This document shows, piece by piece, positions 1-11,214 of a stretch of 50,657 nucleotides of DNA. Every line of letters starts with the position of its first letter. Position 1 is the first letter of the stretch. Under the pieces are notes generated by a model that saw only the letters and a list, made by a program, of their open reading frames with translations, did not search any database and was not told the DNA's origin. Origin of the DNA: Octopus bimaculoides (Eukaryota). The stretch covers positions 36,589,668-36,640,324 of the forward strand of contig NC_069000.1 in assembly GCF_001194135.2 (NCBI RefSeq), written 5' to 3'. A program made the position numbers and the translations under genes.

Positions 1-199
1 TGCACTTTTAAATTCCTTCTTCCTTTCGTGTCAGTAGCAAAGTGTCAATTTTAATAGATGAATTGATTAATGTAGAACTGCTAACGATTGTGACATAAGA
101 GATGATTTTAATTTAAGCAGGATGCGGGTTCAAATTGCAGCCAAATATAGTTTTTTTTTTTTATACAAGAAATTGTCTTCTAATGATGTTTCCATTAAT

Positions 200-408
200 A
201 ATGGTTTCAAATTTTGTCACAAGGGCAGCTATTTTGGAGGAGGGGATGAATCGATTCCATTGACCCTAGTGTTCAACTGGTACTTGTTTTATTGACCCCG
301 AAAGGATGAAAGCAAAGTCGACCTCGGTGGAATTTGAACAGAGAGATGGGTGAAATACCGCTAAGCATTTCCTCCAGTATGCTAACAATTCTGCCAGCTC
401 ACCACCTT
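200..408 (-). mobile_element. tRNA-derived SINE with Nin/Deu-like core (family C)
   Basis: Minus strand reads GGTGAGCTGGCAGAA...TTCAAATTCC...CTTTCATCCTTTCGGGGTC...AAGTACCAGTT. Related copies at about 24690-25050, 26490-26700, 26710-26935, 28180-28300, 35245-35453, 37180-37425 and 49355-49620. Confidence 0.75.
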
Positions 409-439
<31 letters not shown>

Positions 440-440
<1 letters not shown>

Positions 441-795
441 GGAAGCGAAATCGTGATGACACCTGTATCAGTGGAGCACTAAGAGCACCGTCCAAGCGTG
501 ATCGTTGACAGTGCAGCTGGACTGGCTCCTGTGCAGGTGGAACGTAAAATACACCATTTCAAGCATGGCCGTTGCCAGTACCTCCTGACTGGCCTTCATG
601 CTGGTGGCACGTAAAAGCACCCACTACACTCTCAGAGTGGTTGGTGTTAGGAAGGGCATCCAGCTGTAGAAACTCTGCCAAATCAGATTGGCGCCTGGTG
701 TGGCCATCTGGTTTCACCAGTCCTCAGTCAAATCGTCCAACCCATGCTAGCATGGAAAGCGGATTAAACGATGATGATGATGATGATGATGAAGC
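440..795 (+). mobile_element. Abundant SINE family A with RTE-type 3' end and (GAT)n tail
   Basis: GGCACGTAAAAGCACCC...GGAAGGGCATCCAGC...CCAACCCATGCTAGCATGGAAAGCGG...(GAT)n. Copies at about 10950-11155, 11515-11703, 23096-23290, 25106-25455(-), 29420-29575, 31690-31905, 49197-49350(-) and 50477-50657(-). Confidence 0.8.
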
Positions 796-805
796 ATCAT
801 GGAGG

Positions 806-1600
806 TGGCTCAGCAAGGGTAACCTAAAAAAGAAGACTGAAAGCCTAATCATCACTTCCTAGCATCAGGCATTGAACACCAACTCAGTGAAAAGGGATAT
901 ATACCACACAAGAATGTATGGGAAGAGGGTTGAAAGCGTGGCTCACATTGTTAGTGCTTGTGAAAGTCTTGCGCAGAAAGAGTGCAAGTACAGACACAAC
1001 AAGGTAGCCCAAAACCTTCACTGGCTACTATACCGGAAGTATGGATATGAGATAACAGGTGCTTGGTACCAACATACACTGGAAAAGGTAATGGATGAAA
1101 AGGGAAAGGCAAAAGCCCTCTGGGACTTTGATTTCTAGACAGACAAGGAGTTAGAGCACCAAAGGCTGGATATAGTAACCTTTAGGAGGGACAAACAAGA
1201 ATGCCTAATAATTGACGTGGTAGTGCCAGGATATCAACACATCATCATGAAAGAAAGAGTAAAGATTGATAAATATGGAGACCTGAGAATTGAGATTGCC
1301 AAGATGTGGCAGCTACGAGAGTCAAACATAAAGGTTATCCCTAGTGTCATCAGAGCATTGGGTTCAATACCATCCAGCCTGGAGAAACATCTGGAAATTT
1401 AAGAAATACCTTACAATCTAGGTGCATTGTAAAAATTGGCATTACTTGGAACTGTATGCATACTGTCTGTCTGGGGTCCTTGTGACTTGACAGACAGTAC
1501 AAACCCCCGGTAGACACAATATCTTCAATCAGCAACATCACAATATTGGATACTGTGTGACAATAATAATAATAATAATAATAATGATAATAATGATTAT
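806..1600 (+). mobile_element. 5'-truncated Dong/R4-type non-LTR retrotransposon (decayed zinc knuckle plus restriction-like endonuclease), ending in (TAA)n
   Basis: One frame with internal stops (TAG 1136, TAA 1400): RMYGKRVESVAHIVSAC (decayed CCHC), HNKVAQNLHW, LWDF, RLDIV...IIDVVVP...KIDKYGDL (PD-(D/E)xK-like). Confidence 0.8.
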
Positions 1601-2017
1601 CTGAAACTACATGGTTGCAAAGGGAGCTTCTAATCTACACAGCTATGCCTGTGGCTATGTTTAGCAATGTTTTATGGGGACTGAAAGAGACTGCCTCAAA
1701 TTTCAAATATTGGTTTAAAAGCAAACAAGATTTTATAGAAGGAAGACTCAATAAAGCAGTGGAATGAATGTAATTAATTTATTGGTCTCATACATAAAAG
1801 AAAACTGCAATCCAAATTGGTTTTGAATTTGAGATAAAACTAAATCCAATAATTCTTTTTTTCTTTTCTTTTTTTTTTTGTAACACTTCAAAGTTTCAGT
1901 CGTTCATTCACCATGACATTCACACCGGATTTCGTTCACCAAACCAGAAAATGACCCAATAAAATATGCATTTACTTGAAAGACATAGTGGTCGCTATTT
2001 TCTCCTAGAGTGAACCA

Positions 2018-2034
<17 letters not shown>

Positions 2035-2057
<23 letters not shown>

Positions 2058-2215
2058 ATTATTGCCCACGTTTCTGTGCTCATGTGGGTTGAACGAAATT
2101 TTGATGAGGTAGATTACCTATGGCTAGATGCCTTTCCTATCACCAACCTTCACCTGTTTCCAGGCAAGGTAATATTTCCCATGGCCAGACATCACGCATT
2201 GTCAAGGCAACGAGC
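2035..2215 (-). mobile_element. SINE-like repeat family F with (GAT)n tail; further copies at about 6715-6950 and 16530-16770
   Basis: Shared string GCAAGGTAATATTTCCC...GGCCAGACAT and ATGGGT..GA; CAT-repeat at the + strand left end. Confidence 0.6.
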
Positions 2216-2277
2216 AAGTAACAGACACATGTATGTATGTGTGTGTGTATGTATGTATGTAAACAGAAGTGCATTAG

Positions 2278-2340
<63 letters not shown>

Positions 2341-3779
2341 GGTGCATTACGTTATGTACCAACAAATTTGCACAAAAATCTAGAAATAATATGTTGGATT
2401 TGGAGAATCCAACATATTAGTGACACAGTGAAGATTTGTAAGACATTCCAAAAATACTCCGAAATTTTCTGTGAATAGATGCTCACAATTGGCTGTATGC
2501 ATCAACAGTTCAACCAAGTCAACCATATATTTACAAACACTGGGAACTCTCTTAACTCAGAAGGTCTTATTGCTTTGTTAGCAACCAGCTTGAACTCTCT
2601 CAAGAGCTTAAAATCACACAAAAAAAAAAAATCACAGGCGCGCGTGACGGATTTCTTTCATCTTTCGTTCACCAAACCCATTCATAAGTCCTTGGGTTGC
2701 CCAGGGGCTATAGCAGAAGACACTCGCCCAAGGTGCCACGCAGTGGAACTGAACTCGTGACCATGTTGTTGAGAAGCAAGCTTTTTACAACGAATGTGTA
2801 AAAAAAAAATTGCGTGGATATAAACTCTGTTCTATTCTCTGTCCGGTAACCATTCAATTATAGAAATATTGATTTTTGACAACGGCAAAAGGTCTTAAAT
2901 TTGAAGTGTGGGTGTAGGCAATTAAATCAGAGTTGACAACGGCGGGGGTTTGAACTCAGAGCATAAAGAACAGTAATTGCAGGAATATTAACAAAGTTTG
3001 AAACTTCTAAATTAAGGAAAAAATTAGGGAGTCAAAATTTCATTTCATCTATTTGAAATTTATATATAAATCAGAGAATGTACTCATGACACCTGTAAGT
3101 TTAACAAGTTTCCGAACTGCTTATTTTACACCTGGCGTAAAAAGTTTCGGGCGCGACTAATGGTTTGTAACAATAGAAGTTTAAAGTATGGCTTGAAGAT
3201 GAAAATAATAATGAATATTTAGCATTTCTTACGATATTATTCCATCACGGATGATTTTTTTCTGAATAACCAAAGGGACATAATAGTAAAACATCCAGTC
3301 TTGGAAAAATGTAGCAGTTTTGGCAAGAAGAGAAACTGACTTAAATTTAGAAAACTTATTTTATAAAAAGATAAATTAAAATAAATTAATTAAACATCAT
3401 GGTTTTGTGTGTGTTTTCTTTTTAATGTTCTAGTAAAATAAAAATTACGAATGGGTTGGTGTGTGATAAATATATATTAAAACACATTTGAAAAACAGTA
3501 GTGCTGAGTTAAGCAAAATTTAATAATTTTTCAGGTCACCGATGTAAAAGTGAAGTGACAACGTATATAAAGTGGGTAATGAATATTGAGGCTGGATTTT
3601 TTCTTTAAAAAAAAAAATGGTCTAGTTTTTCTTTTATAAGATTCGTGGATTTACTATGAGGGCCGATGTTTAAAAGTAAAGTATATATAATATTAATTTC
3701 GAAGGAGTGTGTCAGTGAGGAGCTGTTTCATATGGACAGGGACAGATGAATGAAAGCACCAGCTGAAAACGAGGCTGTG

Positions 3780-4374
3780 GTGAGGCGGAGGAATATTGAA
3801 TAACATCAAAATAGTCAAGATGGCGTCACCATCCATCTCCGTTGTCATTACAAAGCTTTATTGCTCTACCTACTCGGCAAATTGCTGTCACACTGTAGTG
3901 GTCGAGCATTTACTGCAGTGCTAAGCACCATCTCACCCCTTTTTACTAAACCGTGATGTCTGTGTATACGCAGTCCAATGAGAAATACCAACACCTGCGA
4001 CATCAACAAGATCAGGAGGCGGGAGAAGCTGTTATTGGTTTTACAAGTGCTGATCGTTTCTGTTATTTTCTTCTTTATCAGCCTGTCACATGGATAATCT
4101 TTGCTATGAGTGTTTCTTACCAAATTCTTAATATTGATTTGGACATCTGTACCGAAGATCTGAGTGTCACATCTGATAGTGCTAATACTTCCAGTCTGGA
4201 GAAACGTCTTTTAGCCCTGGGACAAGATGACAACAGCGTCAGCGAATCTTTCAACCCTATCGTTTACCTTCTTTTTAAAATTAACACTATTATCAAATAC
4301 AATAATCTCAAAGACAAAATAACCTTTCTCACTGGAACTTTGTTGAGGATAAGTTTATTATAGCATTTTTTCGG
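3780..4374 (+). promoter_or_regulatory. Putative promoter-proximal first (5' leader) exon of the USF3-like gene, with a YY1-like motif and uORFs
   Basis: Unique, CpG-retaining sequence; AAGATGGCGTC at 3817-3827 resembles the YY1 motif typical of housekeeping TSSs; donor CGG|GTAAGA at 4375. Linkage to the exon at 24.4 kb is inferred. Confidence 0.45.
3978..4097 (+). CDS. Candidate uORF microprotein, 39 aa (MRNTNTCDINKIRRREKLLLVLQVLIVSVIFFFISLSHG)
   Basis: Hand translation from ATG 3978 to TAA 4095-4097; basic cluster followed by about 20 hydrophobic residues. No evidence of translation. Confidence 0.25.
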   Translation: MRNTNTCDINKIRRREKLLLVLQVLIVSVIFFFISLSHG

Positions 4375-6664
4375 GTAAGAGCAATTTTTTCTTTCTTTTC
4401 TCTAAAACATCTGTTTATATACTGTGTGTCCATGCTCACCTACCTAAAACCTCTTCCCTTCTTCACTGTCTCCATACAACATACATGCTTGTCGTCGTCT
4501 CTGGTTCCTTTTACTAAATGTATTTATTTCCAAGTGTTTTCTGAAGCCGATGATGTCTTTACTTCTTAATATTAAACATAAACTTCCACAACTGGTCATC
4601 ACATATTTTTTAAATAATTTTAAAAGATATTTTAGATAATTTTTAAAGCCATTCTTATAATTACCTACTTTCAAACATTGCATAATTTTAAAGAGGTTTC
4701 TTTTTTCCCCAGTAAAAATAATTGTCAAAGTTATATTTGTAGAACATCATTACATCCCTAAATTAATACTATACCAGCATAAACTTTATTTTAGTCGACT
4801 ACCACTGTTCTTCACAAGTCATTTGATACTGTGCTTTCTCTTTTTAAATTTAAACTACACTCTGTCTCTTTGCCATATATTCTCTTTAGAATATAAATAT
4901 GTGCCGTGTGTCTATTTAGTAAGAGTGAGGCGATGTGGATGACGATTTAACTGTTTGTTTACTATAGTTTTGGAGGAAATTTCGATTTGTGCTACTTTCT
5001 TCCTGGATCCTGGTCATTAAAGCTTCTCTCTCAGGCAACACTACAATAATATAGTTTTATTATCTCTTGCTGGCCTTTATTTTATTGTGATTTTCAAATT
5101 CGTTATTTCATTTGATTTTTGTATAAATTTCTACTTCCTTTCTTTCTAATTTTCATAATTATGACATTTTTATGTACATTTTAAAGTAGTATACCATCTA
5201 CCAACTTTATAGACAGTACAGTGATAATATAAATCGATATAACTTCGAACCCCAAAAACCTTATTTAGATTCTAAGAAATTTATCAAGTCCTAATATAAA
5301 CACAGCATATGATTTGCATACAAACTTTAATGACAATTTTTCCCGATTTTCAATTTATCTTTATTATTTAATAAATGGGATTATTTTTTCTCGAATCCCT
5401 TCAACGTTGTTTGTAGTAATTGCCTTTTTTTATTGTCATAAACAATCGATCAGATTGTTCATAGGCGCAGTTCATCACGATAATCTGTTTTTATTAAGTC
5501 ATACCTAGTTGCTAGTTACAATATGGCTATATCAATCAATCAATAGCCTCATATCTCGATCTTTAATACTAATTCAGTTTATAAGTAGTATTCTGCTATA
5601 TTAATTTGTCTCAGAGCAAAGTTGGAAATAACCTAGATCGTCATACAAAACCTCGCTTCGCTATGAATTATAGCTTTATTATTCAAATGTCATTAATTGT
5701 TTAACTAATCGTTTTTTTTTAAAGACTATTATCTTTTGTGCATGTGAATATTATATACTCCAATTAATTGATAGACGGCGCAACACATTGACCAGCTAAT
5801 TCATGTGAAATTAAGAGTGCAGGTGCTATCAAACATTGATTATTGTTCCACTTGCTTTGATCTCAAGTTTGTCATATTAGCAATTTATATTTATTTCAAT
5901 AGATAAATTTCAAATTGACACTTTTATTTTAACAATTCAAAAACGTTTGGCGATTTCGTTTTTTTTTTTTTTTTTTCGTTTTTATTTTTATTGTATTTAT
6001 CTAATTTGGAGTTGCCTAAAGCTCGAAATTAGGTTTTTTTTCTTCTTTAAAGAGACATTTGTGCATGATTTTTTAAAAGATTAAATAGAATGAAAGGAAT
6101 TAATAATATAAAATTACTTATATAACTACAAGGTTTTTTTTAATGTCTCTATGAAACATCTAAATCAAATCATATTTAATGTACCAGTTTCTAAAAGATT
6201 TAACTCCAGTATTAAAGAACCAACTTTAAATTGTTGGGAACAGTTAATGTTGTTGACATGAGCATAAATTAGACAAAGAGAACAGCTGAGTCAGTACTTT
6301 ATAGGGGATTAGGAAAACTAGAAACTCTATCACAGAATAAGTAAATGCCTTTTTTTATGTTTGCTGGTTTTAGTTTTTTCTTCTTAAGTAAATTTATATA
6401 ACGTTTGTCTGTAAGAGCTTTACAAATTTATGTTTTAAGACTGTTTAATTCCCATTAGTTTTGTCAGTGTGGGATGTAGGACAATTTTTTTTTTTTTTTA
6501 GGTATTTTCTCTTAGCTGTTTGCTGTTATGGATTTACTTTATCCATTATCCATCCAGCTGAAACTGATGGAAATCAGCGAAGCATTGAATCATTCGTTTA
6601 CTTAAAAAAAAATTCTTACTCCATAATTGACCTGTATTGAGTACTCATTATTTTATTAATCCAC

Positions 6665-6715
<51 letters not shown>

Positions 6716-7048
6716 CATCATCATAGTTTTTAATGTCCTCTTCAATTTTCCATGCTTACATGGGTCAGACGGATGTTTGACGCTCAGATGTCATTCCTCT
6801 CTTCAATATTCACGTGTTTCTAAGCAAGGTAATATTTCCCCGTGACTGGATGTTTCACCATTGAAAATTGGAAATAAGAGACACTGCTTGTATGACGGTG
6901 GCACTCATTTACGACTATCACGCGATGTCAAGACAAGAGCACACACACACATGAATACGTACATATATAGTGTAAATGCAACGAACAATAAAAAAAAACG
7001 CAGGAAATATTGTATTAGCTTAATGCTTTAATGGGAAGAGAAAGTTGT

Positions 7049-7076
7049 AACGTTTCAGATATTAGTTCTTCATCAA
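7049..7076 (-). ncRNA. Degenerate minimal hammerhead ribozyme motif, probably in a Penelope-like pLTR
   Basis: Minus strand TTGATGA-AG-aactaatat-CT-GAAACGTT: C3 is mutated, palindromic ACGT stem III is present, stem I is not recoverable. Confidence 0.45.
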
Positions 7077-7914
7077 ATGAAAGAGAAAAGAATAGGGAGA
7101 GTGGGAAAGAGGAATAGTCAATGAGAGAAGAAATAATGAACATGAGGTCAGGAAACAGATGGGCATACAATTTATATGGGAGCAGTTAAGAAGGGAGTAG
7201 AGGGTGGATGTATATGTGTAAATATAGGAGTGTATTTGTGTCTGGAAGCAGGTATATTGGGTGGGGTATGTGGTTTATTTGGGATAAGTGTAAGTGTAGT
7301 GGTGTAGGTTAGTGTGTGTGTGTGGGGGGAGTGACTGTAATCATTAAGTATGTGTGAAGAAACTGTGGAAGTGAAATGGTAAGAGCAGGTGTGAAAGTGA
7401 GGCAGATGGGAAGGTCAGAAGAATGTGGAAGGGGTGACAGATATGTGCAAGGATCTGAGTGTGAGATGGTTTTACATGGAAGAAAGAAGGATTGGTGTAA
7501 AATAAGCAAAAGGTGCAAGTGTGGCTGTGGTAAGAAGTTAGCTTTGTAGACATATGGTCATGGGTTCCAGGTATCATTTCCACTGACCAAAGCCTTGTGA
7601 GTGAATTTGGTAGAGGGAAACTGAAAGAAGCCCATTGTGTATAAATATATATTGGCTCCAATAAAGGGAAAATATATAATGATTGTTATTTTTAACTTGT
7701 TTCTTATGTATCACTCTGTGTAAAAACCAGTTTGTCTGGGGCTCATCCATGAATTTACAATATAGAATTGTGATGAACCATAACCTTGGACCCTGCCATA
7801 AGAATACTTGGAGTTCTTCACTAATCTAAATATTGTTAGCCTGGTGTGCCACAGAGCTTATGAAGTATTTTGCTCAGATTAATAATTCCTCACTATTAAC
7901 TCTCTCTCTCTTTT

Positions 7915-7947
<33 letters not shown>

Positions 7948-8039
7948 TTCTCTCTCTACACACACATATATATATATGAGCTTGGGTTTTGAAATATATG
8001 TATAGTGAGAAAGAGAGAGAGAGAGAGAGATTTATGAGT

Positions 8040-8270
8040 GTGTGTGTTTTGTGTCAGTGTTTGTCTCCTTCCAGACAACTGGTGTCAGTACGTTTATGTC
8101 CCGTAACTTAGCAGTTTGGCAAAAGTAGCTGATAAAATAAGTACCAGGCTTTAAAAAAAAAGAAGCAAAATAAGTACTGGTGTCAATTTGTTTGACTAAA
8201 TATTCTTCAAGGCGGTGCCCCAAGATGGCTATAGTCTGATAACTGAAACAAGTAAAAAAGAAAGAAAAAG
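8040..8270 (+). mobile_element. 3' half of tRNA-derived SINE family B
   Basis: GTCCCGTAACTTAG...GGCAAAA...AATAAGTAC...CTGAAACAAGTAAAA matches the full-length copy at 39145-39565. Confidence 0.7.
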
Positions 8271-9349
8271 TAGGAGCTCTGTGAGGGAAGAGAGATTGAA
8301 GAATAAATTAAGAAAAAGCATTCAAGAATTACAGGACACTGGAGAGGATTGATGGAGTGTCCAAAGGGTTATGAGAAACTAGTGTTAAAAAAATATTTGG
8401 TGGAGCAAATGAGAAACCAAGAGTGATGTAGAGGGTGTGACAGATGGAATGAATGTGAAATGTTTTATCAAGGAAATAAAAGCAAAAGTATTCTAGGAAG
8501 AGGAGAAAAGAGTAATAAAAAAAACTTCTTTTTTTTTAATTACAAAACTGGTAAAAAGTCTGGAGTGATTTCATGGAGTGTCTAAAAGATGGTAAGGAAT
8601 TAGTAAAATCCTCAAGGAGGAGACTCTGGTTAATTTCACTGAGGAGAGGTAGCTGTGTTGAATGATTAAGAGCAGCAATGCAAAACATTAAAGGGTTAGC
8701 TAAAGGTGCATGGTGTGAAACAATTTGGTAGGGTTTGAAGGATAAAAAAAATCTGTTTAGAAGAAGAGTGAAGAGAAAAGGGAGGTAAGTAGTAGCTGAA
8801 ACAATGTGTGTGTGTTACCTAAAGAGTTGGTGGTAGTAAACAGGAAGTGGAGAGGGAAGGAAAGTGTAATACACAGCTGTCAAGGAAAGCAGGACTGGTG
8901 AAGTGAGGAGGAATGCGTGTGGGCGGTGTGCATCCTGATACCAGTTTGTGTGTATATATATGTATGCGTGTATAAATGGAGAAAAGAAGTGTGAAACATG
9001 TGAAAGTGCTGGTGGTTGGTGTTGGTATGTTATGTATGTTTCAGGGAGACAATTGGTGGGTGAATGTGTGAGTGTGCTGGGATATAGGGGATAAGATGGT
9101 AGAAGAAATGAAGTGTTTGCAAATATGTGTGTGTGTATGTAGAAACAGTGTTGGTGTGTTGAGGGCATGTGCTTTGATATGAAAGTGGTGTCAGTACTGG
9201 GGAAAGATGTGAGTGGAGGGCATCAGGGAAGAGGGAGAGAAATGGGGAGGAATGATATAGTGATGGAGCAGGTGAAGAGAAAAAGTAAGAAGAATTGAGG
9301 CAGAGAATCCGGACCAAAGGGCATAAAAGTTTGGAGAGAGAAAATGAGC

Positions 9350-10690
9350 TCCTGTTCCCACTGGAGGTGAGTGGTATGGGATCAGGGTGGGTAGCCATGC
9401 AGAAAATCAAAGGTATTGAGTGGAATGGTCGGCAGAATGGAAATATCAAGAGACAGGTGAGCCATTGCTAGTGTCAGATATCTGTGAGGTGTTCCACAAA
9501 CCTGTTAACCCTTTGGTAGCTGATTTGTTCCAGGTTACTAGAGATATGGCAACAAGAGTCTCTAATATGGAGGGTATGGAAGTTGGATCCAGTGAGGATG
9601 GTGGTGTTAGAAAGGAAAGAGCAGTTAGGGTAGCAGTGACAGAAGCAAGGAAGAGGTTTAGGAAAGAACAAGATGTAGGGAGAAAGAGAAGCTATGGAAG
9701 AGGGGGGGCTGAGGTTGTAGCACACTTAAAGGCATAAATGAGTGGATGAGAGAAGCAGCATCAGATTGTAGGCAGAGGATGGTACTTTGTAAGGGCAGAG
9801 TGGTAGGTAAGAGGAAAAGGAATGCAATGGATAAGATTCCAGACATGGTGTAAAGGCTGAGGTATGACCAATGCAGGAAGGGGCAGCTTGGATTGGAGAG
9901 GGTGGGTAACCATGTCAAGTCAATGGACGGATTGTGTTGAGCTTGGGTTTTGAAGTCATAGTTACAGCTGCAGAGGTGCCAGAGGCAGGAACTGGAATAG
10001 AAGCACTTGGTGTGGGTAGGGTATGAAGAGGAGGTGTCAAAGTAGGAATGGGAGTTGGTGGGTTTCTAGAAGATGGAAGGAGAGGGTGAAGATAAGATGG
10101 TCAATGGAGATGGTGATGTTGAAGGAATGAAGGGAGCTATCAGATTTGGAGGAGTTGCGTGGAGAGAGGTGTGAAATGAGTTGATGAAGGTGATGGAAGA
10201 GTTTCGCTCCTTGCAGGAGGGAGATGTGCTGATACAGTCAAGGCAAAATGGCCATACAGCTCTGGGGTGGGACCAGTGAACTGGGAAACAATTTGAGACT
10301 TGATGTAACTAACAAATAAGCTGGCATAGTTGGGTACTATTGTTGTTTCCAGAGCAACTGCAATGACTTAATTGTGAATTTTGCCTGTGAAGAAGAAATA
10401 ATTGAGGAATGAGGATAAATTGTGATGCAGGGTGTGAAGGACATTTTGAAGGTGCAGAAGATTTCATCTTTAGGGATGACAGTGTCTAATGCATTGATAT
10501 CCATGGAGAAAATGAGGCAAGAGGAAGCTGGTGGGAGAATGAGGCATTGAAAAACAGAGCATGTTTGATGTCATGGATGTGGGGAGAGAGAAAGGACAGC
10601 AATGTGGGTGGGGGTTACAAAGAGGCTGTCAAGGTAAGTGAAAATGGGATGTGGTAGTAGCAATTAGAGGTGTGAGGAGGATGTCAAGGT
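9350..10690 (-). mobile_element. Decayed Penelope-like retroelement (RT plus GIY-YIG endonuclease remnants); purine-rich flanks down to about 7040 may belong to it
   Basis: Minus-strand translation: LIFSMDINALDTVIP (about 10520-10475); NYFFFTG...VALETTIVPNYASLFVSYI...GPTPELYG (about 10400-10250); SSNL...RFVEHLTDI (about 9550-9480). These match PLE RT and GIY-YIG motifs. Confidence 0.75.
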
Positions 10691-11214
10691 AAGCAGATGT
10701 ATACATATGACAGGCTTGCTCTATTTTTTTTTTGTCTACCAAATCTATTTACAGAGGGCTCAGGTCAACCCAGTGTATGGTAAAAGACACTTGTGCAAGG
10801 TGCCACACAGTGCTACCAAACCTGAAAACATGGTTAGAAAGCAATGCCTGGTGCCTTGCTGTATTCAAGAAAACCTGTGCTCTACAGCAGAAGTGTTAAG
10901 GCCAGTCTCCCTGGTGATGAAAATTAGCCTGCTAGAGTCCTGTGTAACGTAAAAAGCACTTGTGCCGGTGCCACATGAAAATGCTTGTGCGATACCATGT
11001 AAAAGCACCCATCACACTCTGTAATGGGATTGGTGTTAGGAAGGGCAACCATGCCAAATCAGACTGGAGTCTGGTGCAGCTCCCCAGTTTGCCAGCTCTT
11101 GTTAAACCGTCCAACCCATGCCAGCATGGACAACAGACATTAAATGATGATGATCTATATGTAGAAGTACACTTCCATATATGCATGTATGTGTGTGTGT
11201 GTGTGTAGAAAGAA

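Noticed and set aside
2010-2478. His-rich and CV/YI-repeat ORFs (also 28254-28891, 37890-38168, 46931-47451)
   Set aside because: Translations of (CAT)n, (TG)n, (TA)n and (CT)n microsatellites and SINEs.
6498-6640. Possible extra exon after a strong polypyrimidine tract and AG
   Set aside because: No convincing donor and no recognisable peptide; cannot be supported without RNA data.
9420-9737. 105-aa plus-strand ORF
   Set aside because: Antisense shadow of the Penelope-like relic.
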